Of a stretch of 64,000 nt of DNA, positions 39,197 through 51,155 are shown in pieces (within the stretch, counting starts at the first letter, position 1; each line of letters begins with the position of its first letter). The stretch spans positions 7,998,001 through 8,062,000 of the forward strand of contig NW_026262669.1 in assembly GCF_021869535.1 (NCBI RefSeq), written 5' to 3'. The position numbers and the translations under genes were made by a program. The notes below the pieces were generated by a model. That model saw nothing but the letters and a program-made list of their open reading frames with translations. It searched no databases and was not told where the DNA came from. The stretch is from Mytilus californianus. Taxonomy: Eukaryota.

Positions 39197-39978
39197 CTAA
39201 AATAAAGATTATTACAATGTTTTGTGCAATTTATTAGAACGCACCTGCCTGAAACTATTTAATTAAAAACAATTGTTGTTTCGGATTATAAAACTTCTAT
39301 ATTTATGGTCAAAAAGCTGTAATGACTCAGTTACAAAAAAGTCGACAATTGACGGTCTACAAGACCAAAACAAAACAAATAAGGGCGACAATGGCACAAA
39401 ATTTGCACACAAATTTATATAAATGTAAAAAAACTAGCTCAGCTAACAATTTACTCTCCGTGATACATTAATTTGTAACTAAAATACATAATTGCTTTAT
39501 TCAGAAAAAGGCTATTAGACTGAATGTTTCGGATTATACAGATCTGTATATAAAATATTTGAAACACATATATAGATTATGTTCAGTGGTTGTCGTTTGT
39601 TGGTGTGGTTCATATGTGTTTCTCGTTTATCGTTTTTTATAAGTCATTTTGGGGCCCTTTATGGCTTGCTGTTCGGTGTGAGCCAAGGCTCCGTGTTGAA
39701 GGCCGTACTTTGACCTATAATTGTTAACTTTTTATACATTGCGACTTGGATGGAGAGTTGTCTCGAGCATTGGCACTCATACCACATCTTCTTATTTCCA
39801 TTATATTAGAAAATTACGCTCTGGCTGAGCTGCATAGTATTAATGCTTTGTGAGAAATAGACATAATTTATGTGACATTATGTCTTTTATTTACGTTATT
39901 TATTGTTACTCAAAGTTGTGTGTTTGGTCGCTTTTCACGAAGAATCTTATCTTGTTTTGTAATATTAATTTAACTCAC

Positions 39979-40034
39979 CGTGCTATCACTGAACGAAGTC
40001 TCTTCTCGTGAGAGGACAGACATAGCTGTGTCAT
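39979..40034 (-). CDS. CARD-coiled-coil paralog 2, exon 2 (linker)
   Basis: ttacag|AT GAC...ACG|gtgagt; 56 nt, phase 1 to 0; DDTAMSVLSREETSFSDST. The full model is 1113 nt (370 aa). Confidence 0.7.
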
Positions 40035-41097
40035 CTGTAATATGAAATACATGATCTTAAGAAGGATTTTTTAATATCAAACATTTCTCAGAAGATATTG
40101 TTATCTCTAATTTCATACTTTATACAAAACTTTTAAATAATTTGGAATTTTGATGTTTTAAAACTTTTATCAAAATTCCAAAAATCTAAAATTTGAAAAC
40201 TTTTTAAAACTTTGAATTGATAAGTGTTACACGGACCTACATGCATTGCAAATTATGTCTTTATTCAAAAACAACAAACAATAATAATAACATCAATGTT
40301 AAAATAACCCCTCTCATTTGTATGTTTGAGTCTTCTTCAGTATTTAATAGGACTCAAATAATCTCATTTCATATGTGTATTTATGTACATTGACTCTCTT
40401 GTAGTATTATTTCATATCGTTAAAAATATAGTTTTTCTAGATGTTGAAAGTTGTAATTTTCATTGACGTATGATCCGAGGACAGTTATCGTCCTTTAAAA
40501 TATAGTCCCTAGTATGGACAGTGTATAACTCGCAATTTTTTTTCATACACTTTCCAAATTTATTTCTTTATATGCTATGCATGAAATATTTTAGTAGGGT
40601 GATGAAATTACATGTTAAAAATATTGGGTGATGAATTTTTAGGTTACTAAAAGTTGTGATTTATATAAATGTAAAAAAAAAAACTAGCTCCGCTTACAAT
40701 TTACTCTCCGACAATACATTAATTTGTAACTAATTTGTAATTAATCCGTTGTCCAGTTAAAAATAGGTAAAAAATTAGTATGTCTGAAGCTGTCAAAATG
40801 AATTATAGACCCCCTTAACATAGAATTGTCCATATTTTGAGTTAGAGCTATAGACTTTTTTTTATAATTTTGATATAATTTATCACAAAGGTAGTACACT
40901 ACACTGTAAACATCTTTTTGAGGTAGAGCAGGTGCGATTTATTTAATTTGAATTTATTGTTTAAGAGAAATGCATTACGAAATAATTGTGTTCTCGAGCC
41001 GTGGGTCTTGCTTTCCGCGAACTTTGCCCCTCTCCCACACGCATATACACATGTAATGAATGATTGCTGCCTTATAAATGTATACTTTTGTTCTTAC

Positions 41098-41380
41098 CGG
41101 ATGAATCTGTCTGTAGTATTTGATCTGCAATACGTTCATTTCCCGTGGCATTCAACGATTCTACAAAAGAGGTAAAAGCTGTGCCTCCAACAGTGATCAG
41201 TTTCTCAAGTAAGATATTGATTTGTGTTTCCTTTGACGATGCTGATAGAATGTTTGTCTTGTCCACAAGTGTTAGGACGTCATCCTCCATCAATTTGTCT
41301 ACAACCTTAGACAAGCGGACGAGATTATGTTCGATAAATTCACAATTTTTTGTTATTTTCTTGGACAGACATGGATCCAT
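41098..41380 (-). CDS. CARD-coiled-coil paralog 2, first coding exon (CARD domain)
   Basis: MDPCLSKKITKNCEFIEHNLVRLSKVVDKLMEDDVLTLVDKTNILSASSKETQINILLEKLITVGGTAFTSFVESLNATGNERIADQI; donor TCCG|gtaaga, phase 1. Confidence 0.85.
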
Positions 41381-42052
41381 TTTGAATAAAAAGTTTCACT
41401 TCGACTCCAACTTGTGTGAAACTACGTTCTACACCAATTAAAATCTGAACTAATTATTTAAATGTAGAAAAAAAGTATTTGCGCACTTAAGACTTTTTTT
41501 TCTTCTCAAATTTGGCAAAACTCCTCTTTCATTAGATAGATAACAATAAACAGTTTGAAATTATTAATAAAGGAACCATGCAGTGTTGTCCTGTTTTGTA
41601 AAAAACAAAGTGACACATTACTGTATTTATCTTATATCATATTTCCCTACATTGTTTTGTCCTCAAATGTAATTATAATTTTTAAATATACATTAGTTGA
41701 GTCATTTGTTTTCAAACTTGTCATAATAATTTTGAATTTTTCTTTTTGAATACAGTTATAAGTACTGAAAAGGTTTGAGATGGACAGATAAGAAAGAAAA
41801 AGAAAAGTTAATTAGATTTGTACACGAACATTAATTTTTACTACTTATTTTTGGTGGCGGGCATTATGTATAACATTACGGTTTACATATTGTTTTAAAG
41901 TGTAAACTAACATTTGTAACTGCAGGGTGTTCAACAGAAAACCATAACAATAAATAGAAATATAGAGAGATATGTCAGTATTTTATAAACCTTGAATACA
42001 ACTGTTTTTTTTTTTTTGGAAAATTGTGAATACAGTGCATTACTTTTTATAT

Positions 42053-42520
42053 AAAAATAAGGAGATGTGGTATGATTGCCAATGAGACAACTATCCACCG
42101 AAGTAAAAATAAGGAGATGTGGTATGATTGCCAATGAGACAACTATCCACCGAAGTTCAAATGAAGTGGATGTAAGCAATTACAGGCAACCGTGCGGCCT
42201 TCCACAATGAGAAAAAATCCATACCGTATTGTCAGCTATAAAAGGCCCCGAAATGAAAAATATAAAACAATTCAATTGAAAAAACTAACGGCCTTATTTA
42301 TAACAAAACAATTAACGGAAAACAAATAAAACAGGCATGAACAAACGACAACCACTGAACTACAGGCTCCTGCCTTTGGACAGGCACTTAAAAAATGTGG
42401 CAGAGTTAAACATTTTTGTGAGCGCTCAACCCTCCCCCTAACATGGGACAGTGGTGTAACAGCACAACATAAGAACAAACTATAAAAATCAGTTGAAAAG
42501 GGCTTAACTCATCAGATCGA
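42053..42520 (+). repeat. Representative copy of a very abundant interspersed repeat family (gatgtggtatgattgccaatgagacaact...)
   Basis: Copies or fragments in both orientations at about 4250, 4870, 6950, 9200, 12820, 35265, 39585, 45095, 47700, 48030, 50450, 55620, 55950 and 62070. Confidence 0.85.
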
Positions 42521-44751
42521 TACAAAGCAGAAAAACTTCACTTTTTACCTGTCTCTTTATGAAAACTGGAGCGGATGTTTCATTTTTTATTGGTTACTTC
42601 ACGAATTTCATAAATACTTATTTTACCAGTCGTATTGCAGTATTTAGTTTTATTCCTTCCTGTGTGTGATTTTTGTATTGCTATTTTTTGGCGATAACTG
42701 AGGGTCACTCTTACAACAAATCAATACTTATATCTGGATGTAAAAGTAGAGAGTAAATACTTTTTTGGCCAGAAAATATAGGGACACGTGTTGTGCCATT
42801 TGAATTCGACAGCCAAAATGTATTATGAATCTATCAAATCAAAACTTATAGATAAAGTGGTAAAAAATTCTTAAATCATTTGCATATATACAAATACTTC
42901 AATCTGATTGGTCGTTATAACTACAGTATTTCCTTAGAGTCCTTTTTCTATCTTGTTATTAATGTTTTGATTTGTATTTCTTGACCAAACATGATACATT
43001 TTGCAAGTGCTCAATATACCTTACGTTTCGGGAGATTCCGAAGATTGCTTTACTTTTGTATGTGTGTGTTTGTGACTGTTAAAACTCATCAGACTGTCAT
43101 ACATATCTAGGACATCGTTAACGCAAGGTTGATCACAGCATTTCCTGTAAAGTGGGTCGTCCGTGTGCACGTGGTTGTATCGGAAGTATAAATTCGCTGC
43201 CACGTCCGCTCAGAAAGGAAACGTTTAAATCAGATGCATTGTGTAGAGAGAGAGTGACGCGCTCTGTGGACTTTAAGAACCCTCGCAATAACTCTTCGAA
43301 GGATCCGCAGGTGACCTTTTGCAAGGCTAATTATCTGTCCCTATCCAATATACCCTCAATTTCCATTGTCATTCCGAATTTTACGCGCTTCATTCCAGTC
43401 GACCTCCTATTACAGGACCTACCTATTATGTTAATTGCCATTTGTTTTCGTTCAAAACATCCATGAAATATTTGCCAGTGGACATAAAACAAACAACAAT
43501 AAAATCACATTATCAGGAACATATATTCAGTATCTCGTTACCTGTTATTACCCCCTTAGTCTGGACTTTCGAAAGTTGAATTATGCATCTATTGATTCGC
43601 CTTACACCAAGTAGAAGTCGGGTCGGTTCGAATTTTTCCAGTATCATTCCTGGAGTTTTGTTGGTTGTTATTTCATCAAAAGAAAACGATAAATCTAATG
43701 CTGTGCACAGGATTGATTTGTTTTTATTATTATTTTCACGTGACTGTAAAATATGGAAATGCAGAATTGCTACTAGGGTTGAATCAACAAATCCAAAATT
43801 TCGTCTCATTACCAAACCCAACATTGACATCGACCATAGGTGTAATACCACCATTGTTTTCCCCTATTAGTCTTTGTTAAATTTGCACTTTCTAAAAATT
43901 GTGTAGAATTTATCTTTGTTTCAAATAAAGAGATACTTGGCACGAGTCAAGTTTAATCCTGTCCAGTACTACAGACAAAATTTCAAATTGCATTGCATAA
44001 AAGATAATAACCATCACTGGAAGTTTAATAACCAATCAAGTTTCCACCCCTTTCTTTCCTGCTTACAAGCTTTAGTAACCATGTAACCTCAAGTTTCCAA
44101 AATATTTTATAGAAACACCAAATAAAAAAAGAATGGTGCTTTAAAACACCCAAGATATATGTTTATGACTCAGAAATTTTTTACTGCAATGAAATGTAGG
44201 ATTAATTACCTACAACTGTCAAATTGATTTGGTGGTATTACACCTAGACACATTAAACATTTATCATCATCAACATGAAACATAATTATTTGGAGTGAAC
44301 CAAACATATACTACCTACTACCAAAACAAAACAATACCAGAAAAATAAACAATGGTGATATATAACTAGACTTTAATTGTTTAAATCAAATAAATAAACA
44401 CAATTCTGCAAGAATTAAAACATAGCAAAAAGACACATTAGAAGAAAAAAAACCCAATCAAACCAACAAATTTACGCTCAAAATAACACGAAACAACATT
44501 TTTGTACGTTTAACAAATGAATCATTTGTGTATGAAATCTTCCTTATTGCATGCTTGATATAAATATCGAGCAAGTTATATGCAAAATACCTATATGGGG
44601 GAAGAAATATCGTCACCTGTTATTATCATCCGTTTGACAGTAAAGACTATTTGGCTGTATTAGATCTGGTATTGTGTTAGATTAGGTCTCTGGTATGACA
44701 ATCACACCAACGATTTTTTATATAGAGATGTATAAATAAGTAATTAGACTT

Positions 44752-45012
44752 ATCACCGGGTTTGTACTAACATGAGCAATTTGACGGGTGAACGATGTGG
44801 AGCAGGATTTGCTTACCCTTCCCGAGCACCTGAGATCACCCCTAGTTTTTGGTGGGGTTCGTGTTGCTCAGTCTTTGGTTTTCTATGTTGTGTTTTGTGT
44901 ACTGTTGTTTGTCTGTTTGTCTTTGTCTTTTTCTTTTTTAGCCATGGCGTTGTCAGTTTATTTTCGACTCGTGAGTTTGAATGTCCCTTTGGTATCCTTT
45001 GCCTCTCTTTTA
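44752..45012 (+). repeat. SINE-like interspersed repeat; fragments also at about 10790-11345 and 20780-20940 (reverse)
   Basis: The core gcttacccttcccgagcacctgagatcacccc...gggttcgtgttgctcagtcttt...ccatggcgttgtcagtt is shared among copies. Confidence 0.6.
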
Positions 45013-45826
45013 GCAACATTATGTCAGATTGGGGACTTTATTTTAATTTGATTCCGCGTCTTGAGAAAGTATCATGCTTTTATTTGTAGACTTCAAATAT
45101 AAAAATAAGATGGATATGATTGCCAATGAGACAAGTCTCCACAAGAGACCAAATGACACAGAAATTAACAACTATAGTTCACCGTACGGCCTTCAACAAT
45201 GAGAAAAACCCATACCGTATAGTAAGTTATTGGTAAAAAAAAAACAATTAAATTGTGTTTACAGTTTTTAAACCACAATAAACTCTATTCACGATTTAAT
45301 TAATTCATTATATGGAAGGCATTGTATAAAACGACCTAATTATAATCGTTTATACGTATACAATTTAATTTTGAAATTCTGATTGGCTGAAAGTTTTTTG
45401 TCTATCAGCTCATAGACATAATTTTGTCATGTGATCGTGACGTCATCAACGTTTTTATGATCTACTCCTTAATAAAAATGGTATTTAGCATTAAATTATA
45501 AGGAATGACTGTAATATTTTTTTTTGTCTATTCGAAATGACCTCAAAAATGTGGTGCACACTTTTAAATAATCCGCTAAGCGCGTTATTCAGTGTACACC
45601 ACTTTTTTGATGTTATTTCTTCATAGACAGAAAAAATATTAAAGTCTTTCCTTACTTGAACCACTTAAAACTTTTGATAACAAGAGTACATCCGAAATTA
45701 AAACTCATCAAATAAACCAGGCATATAATTTGGTACGACAGACTCGCGTTTGTTTGATATCATACAACCAAGTTATTATAGTTTGTACTTTTGAAACCAC
45801 AATAAAACATTATTAACATGTGTACA

Positions 45827-46060
45827 TGAGGGTCTGGATGAGTTTTACAGAATAAAAGTTAATGGGTAAAAAGTGCAGAATAAAACGTAAAAAAAAGAGA
45901 AAAAACAAGAATAGATAATGATGGGTTGCTAAAATATTTCGAATAGAGAATAATGAGCAAAAGAGGTAAAGAATAAAGAAAAATTAAATGAAAATTTAAA
46001 AAATTTAAAAAATAAAGAAATGAGGGACCACCTCCCCCCTCTTCCCCATCCAGACCCTCG
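45827..46060. mobile_element. MITE of about 234 bp; a partial related copy lies at about 49763
   Basis: TIRs tgagggtctggatg / catccagaccctcg, flanked by TACA on both sides. Confidence 0.75.
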
Positions 46061-46079
46061 TACATGGAGTGCATCGTAT

Positions 46080-46814
46080 CTAACGACCAAACTTTTTATT
46101 GAACTTATTTTGTTTTTGTTGTCTCGGAACATTTCTGTTCATTGTTATAAGTTTGATGATATACTCCATCTTATCGTCAATTTGATCAAATCTTTCATCA
46201 TGACGTTTCTGGTTTTTATCCAGTTCTGCGCGCAGTTCTGCCGAAATCTTCTCTCTTTCTTGACGCCCAGCTTGAAGATGCACCTGTAATTTCCCAACAT
46301 TATTACGTAGAGTCATAATATTATTATCCTTTTGTGCAATGCTTGCCTTAAGTTCTTCGATTTGGTCTTCTAATGTCTCAATCAAATTGTTATAGTGTGT
46401 CGCCTCTTCAGTCAGTGTTTCTATGCTGATAGTCTGCTCTTCCATTCGGAGAAGTAACTCTTCGGAATCAATATGACACCCTACATCTTTCGGAACCTCG
46501 TCCAGTGGACCATCAACGGCATCAATTCCAACATCTCTCCGGTCTACCAATAACTTCGGTTTAGGCTCAACTTTTTTGTCCTTGTCTTTGTTTCGCTTTT
46601 TAAGTTCGTCTTTAATATTTGACGCTCTTTTTTCAACTGCTGCTAACTGACACCGTAGCGAATCGATTTCCTCGTTTAATATTTTTATATCCTCCGATTT
46701 GGTTTTGTTATCTGTTTTTATCTTCCTGTACTTATTAGAAAGTTCATTGTACTTCATTTTGACCATTTCTCTCTCTTTGATTAACTGAATTATTTCTTCC
46801 TTCCGGTCATCAAA
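46080..46814 (-). CDS. CARD-coiled-coil paralog 3, terminal exon (244 aa and stop)
   Basis: tattgtag|TTT (phase 0) gives FDDRKEEIIQLIKEREMVKMKYNEL...KDNNIMTLRNNVGKLQ...RFDQIDDKMEYIIKLI...KKFGR*. Confidence 0.85.
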   Translation of the reverse strand, partial: FDDRKEEIIQLIKEREMVKMKYNELSNKYRKIKTDNKTKSEDIKILNEEIDSLRCQLAAVEKRASNIKDELKKRNKDKDKKVEPKPKLLVDRRDVGIDAVDGPLDEVPKDVGCHIDSEELLLRMEEQTISIETLTEEATHYNNLIETLEDQIEELKASIAQKDNNIMTLRNNVGKLQVHLQAGRQEREKISAELRAELDKNQKRHDERFDQIDDKMEYIIKLITMNRNVPRQQKQNKFNKKFGR

Positions 46815-47107
46815 CTACAATATAAATACAACTATTACTATTATTACAAGTATTCAAATATTGGATTAGGACACAGCAATCATGCTCATAGTGATTTGTG
46901 TCCAAATAAAATGAAACATACACGAATACACGCGCATGCTTAGAACTTTTTCACAACATCGGCATAATGCGTAGGAATGTTTAAAATTGAAAGCTTTTTT
47001 TTACTTTTAAAATCCTGGTTGTAGCATCAAATGCGATTTGGAACTATACGATATGTAATCAAGTCGTTTATACTAAGGACGTTATTTGTATGAAGACACC
47101 AGTTTAT

Positions 47108-47663
47108 AATTGTTAAAGACACATGTGATATATACCTTACTGTAAAGTAGGTACCTTTCTATTGTTAAAGACACATGTGATATATACCTTACTGTGAAGT
47201 AGGTACCTTTCTATTGTTAAAGACACATGTGATATATACCTTACTGTGAAGTAGGTACCTTTCTATTGTTAAAGACACATGTGATATATACCTTACTGTG
47301 AAGTAGGTACCTTTCTATTGTTAAAGACACATGTGATATATACCTTACTGTGAAGTAGGTACCTTTCTATTGTTAAAGACACATGTGATATATACCTTAC
47401 TGTGAAGTAGGTACCTTTCTATTGTTAAAGACACATGTGATATATACCTTACTGTGAAGTAGGTACCTTTCTATTGTTAAAGACACATGTGATATATACC
47501 TTACTGTAAAGTAGGTACCTTTCTCTTGTTAGAGACACATGTGATATATACCTTACTGTAAAGTAGGTACCTTTCTCTTGTTAGAGACACATGTGATATA
47601 TACCTTACTGTGAAGTAGGTACCTTTCTATTGTTAAAGACACATGTGATATATACCTTACTGT
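47108..47663. repeat. 52-bp minisatellite, about 10.6 copies, in a paralog 3 intron
   Basis: Unit tgttaaagacacatgtgatatataccttactgtgaagtaggtacctttctat; a related single copy lies at 47958-47997. Confidence 0.95.
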
Positions 47664-47980
47664 AGAACCTGATGATCAGTATACCTTACTGTAGAACCTG
47701 ATGTTCAGTGGTTGTCGTTTGTTGATGTGGTTCATAAGTGTTTCTCGTTTCTCGTTTTTTTATATAGATTAGACCGTTGGTTTTCCTGTTTGAATGGTTT
47801 TACACTAGTAATTTTTGGGGCCCTTTATAGCTTGCTGTTTGGTGTGAGCCAAGGCTCCGTGTTGAAGGCCGTACTTTGACCAATAATGGTTTACTTTTAC
47901 AAATTTTGACTTGGATGGAGAGTTGTCTCATTGGCACTCATACCACATCTTCTTATATCTACTTACTGTAAAGTAGTTAC

Positions 47981-47997
47981 CTTTCTACTGTTAGAGA
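47981..47997 (-). CDS. Candidate 17-nt micro-exon of paralog 3 (V-S-N-S-R-K)
   Basis: acacacag|TCTCTAACAGTAGAAAG|gtaact converts phase 1 to phase 0, as the model requires. Confidence 0.45.
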
Positions 47998-48715
47998 CTG
48001 TGTGTTGTCATTAACATGTCTTTATAAAAATAGGGAGATGTGGTATGATTGCCATTTAGACAACTATCCACCAAAGTTCAAATAAAGTGGATGTAAGCAA
48101 TTATGGGTAATTGCACGGCCTTCAGCAATGAGAAAACCCATACCGTAAAGTCGGCTATGAAAGGCCCCGAGACGAAAAGTATTAAACAATTCAAATGAAA
48201 AAAACTAACGGTATAATTTATAACAAATCAATTTATATATAAAAAACAAACACGAACCAACGACAAACGCTGAACTACATGCACCTGACTTGGGACAGTC
48301 ACATATATTATGAGAGGTTAAAGATGTTTGAAGGCGCCGACCTTCTGAACCAACGATAAAAATCAGTTAAAAAACGGCTTAACTCATCAGATGGATACAA
48401 AGCAGAAAAACATCTCACAAAAGCACAGACTAGACGTGGCAGGGTATTTATACATCCATCACAACAAAAAAAGACACTAAGTTCAGATCTGAGAGTACTC
48501 GCAGTTACTGACAGCTAGTTCAAATCCAATCACAACTAATAAAAAAATTTAAGAATAAATGTATCTAAAACTAAAATGTCAATCAATACACTTCCGTCAT
48601 CTAATAAGGTTAGTGTAAAGACGTCATTAACAGTCGAAGAAAAACATAACCTTGTGCATTGTCCAAAATATAGGTATCGACATATTGTTTTACCGTGAAT
48701 GTGCATATGTGTTTA

Positions 48716-49177
48716 ACAATTTGCTCGCTTTATTGTCTGACAGTGCTCCAGACCTGACTAAATGACACAATTTGCTCGCTTTATTGTCTGACAGTGCTCC
48801 AGACCGGACTAAATGACACAATTTGCTCGCTTTATTGTCTGACAGTGCTCCAGACCTGACTAAATGACACAATTTGCTCGCTTTATTGTCTGACCGTGCT
48901 CCAGACCTGACTAAATGACACAATTTGCTCGCTTTATTGTCTGACCGTGCTCCAGGCCTGACTAAATGACACAATTTGCTCGCTTTATTGTCTGACCGTG
49001 CTCCAGGCCTGACTAAATGACACAATTTGCTCGCTTTATTGTCTGACCGTGCTCCAGACCTGACTAAATGACACAATTTGCTCGCTTTATTGTCTGACAG
49101 TGCTCCTGGCCTGACTAAATGACACAATTTGCTCGCTTTATTGTCTGACAGTGCTCCAGACCTGACTAAATGACACA
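48716..49177. repeat. 51-bp minisatellite, 9 copies
   Basis: Unit tttgctcgctttattgtctgacagtgctccagacctgactaaatgacacaa. This explains the 17-aa periodic ORF at 48690-49280. Confidence 0.95.
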
Positions 49178-49188
49178 TACGTGAACTA

Positions 49189-49360
49189 TACACCTTATCG
49201 CTATTTGTCCGCCATTGCTGTACATCACAAAAGTTCCCGTAAAATTTTGACGTCATAATAGAAAATATCTGACGCCACAATGGAAAAGTGATTGTTGTAT
49301 GACGTCAAAAGTTCAAGCGGGACAGATTCTCGGGTCAAGCGGGAATAGCAATAAGGTGTA
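49189..49360. mobile_element. Short MITE with TA-bounded ends
   Basis: tacaccttatcgctatt ... aatagcaataaggtgta are inverted termini about 170 bp apart. Confidence 0.65.
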
Positions 49361-49424
49361 TTATGCATATCCTTCAAAGCAATTCTGCGTTTAATCATTC
49401 ACAAGTACTTGTTAATTTACTTAC

Positions 49425-49445
49425 CACAAAGAATGTGTCCGCTTT
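49425..49445 (-). CDS. Optional 21-nt micro-exon of paralog 3 (E-S-G-H-I-L-C)
   Basis: aattacag|AAAGCGGACACATTCTTTGTG|gtaagt; frame-preserving phase 1-1 with a consensus donor. Confidence 0.35.
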
Positions 49446-50174
49446 CTGTAATTGGTTTTTATCTTAAACATAAGAAATGAAAATGTCGGCAACTATAAGA
49501 ATATTTTAAATGTAAATGTAAACTATAATTGGAGATATTTTTAAACAATAACAAACTTTGTGATTTAGTTAACAACGACTTATGTACCTAACAACGACTT
49601 ATGTACCTAACAACGACTTATGTACCTAATATATATAACGGATATTCATAAATTACTCTAGTATGTATAACTGTTTGAAATACGACAAATGCATTTATTT
49701 ATCATTTATAAGTTCTTTTTGATTGTCAACAAAAGTGTCTGCTATCAGTTTAATAAAAAAATTATGAGGGTCTGGATGCGGTTTACCGAATAGAAAAAAT
49801 GGGCCAAATCCATAAAGTATAGAAAATAATGAGGTGCTAAAACATAAAGTGTTGAGAATAATGGACAAAAAAAAAGACTAGAGAAAAATATCATAAAAAA
49901 TGAATGAATAGGCCCCATTCCTCAATTCATTTCATTTATAATTATATATTTTAATGAACAGACCCATTCCATTAATAACTATGTATATATATATGTTTCT
50001 AGCAACTACACAAATGTATATAATTGTACGAATCACAATAAAACATAATAATATTGTAATATGTTAGGATTAATCCCTTTTGTATTGTTGTTTGTTTATA
50101 AGTTTTGTATTTTTTTACCTTTGTGGGTAGAATATCTAAAATAAACCGATGTGATTTATACTTTGTTTTCTTAC

Positions 50175-50234
50175 CATTTTGTTTGCTGACAACATCGTCT
50201 GTTTTGGGGATCTTTTCAGCCATAGAGACTGTCC
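50175..50234 (-). CDS. CARD-coiled-coil paralog 3, exon 2 (linker)
   Basis: atttcag|GG ACA...AAT G|gtaaga; 60 nt, phase 1-1; GTVSMAEKIPKTDDVVSKQN. Confidence 0.65.
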
Positions 50235-50869
50235 CTGAAATATTTATATATATAATCACTTGCCAATATGCAGAAACTAAACTAATATGAAATTTATACA
50301 ATAACTTGAATAGTAACTAGTTAAAAAACTCGTTTTGATATAGACCTGTCAAAATAGATATTATATTTGTTTCTAGTCGTATAAGGATCTTCGATGACAA
50401 AATACAGACCAAACAATGTACAAGGCATCCAGTTTTGATAGCTATTGATATATCAAGAGAAGTTGTGGTATGATAATCAGATTGTCAATGAGACAACTAT
50501 CCACCCGAGTTCAAAGTGACGTGGATTTTATACACGTTTTTGCTAGGATCGTCGAGGACTAAACAGAGGCCTCTTAATGTAAAAGGCATAACGTTTTGAT
50601 ACTTTTATTATAACATAAGGAGATGTGACAATTTTCCATCTGAGTTCATATGTGATAGATTTGTATTCCTGGTCGGGTTAGGATCTTCGAGGACAAAACA
50701 AAACCTTTTAATGTACAAGGCATACAGCTTTGATAGCTGTTGGTGATGTGGTTTGATTGCCAATGAAACAACTAACCATCCGAGTCCAAATAACGTGGAT
50801 TTTTTTACATGTTTTTGTTAGAATCTTCCAGGACAATAAATGTACAAAGCATATAGTTGATTTTCTTAC

Positions 50870-51155
50870 CTTTCTGAGAGCAAACATCAGTTTTGAGTAT
50901 TTTGTCAGCCACATGACCGTTTCCAGATATTTTCAGTGATTCAATCAATGAATCAAATCCACCGCGCTTCATCAACAATTCTAACAAAAGATGACATTGT
51001 GTGTCTACACTTTTCTCTGCTAGTATTTCAGCCTTTTCCTCCATACTTATAGAGTCCGTCTCGATTAATTTGTCCATTACTTTACTCAATTGAGTGATGT
51101 TTTCCTTGAAGAAAACGAGATTTCTTTTTATACGTTTTGCAGACGTTGCATCCAT
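50870..51155 (-). CDS. CARD-coiled-coil paralog 3, first coding exon (CARD domain)
   Basis: MDATSAKRIKRNLVFFKENITQLSKVMDKLIETDSISMEEKAEILAEKSVDTQCHLLLELLMKRGGFDSLIESLKISGNGHVADKI; donor AAAG|gtaaga; 286 nt, the same length as in paralog 1. Confidence 0.85.

Noticed and set aside
43513-43854. Faint resemblance of TPG...RCIIQLS to GIMAP/AIG1 GTPase, or of ALDLSFSFD to LINE reverse transcriptase
   Set aside because: The key motifs (P-loop; YADD/PQG) are missing, and the similarity is too weak to call by eye.
48690-49280. 196-aa ORF with a 17-aa periodicity
   Set aside because: It is open only because the 51-bp unit is a multiple of 3; it lies in an intron and has no similarity to the host gene.
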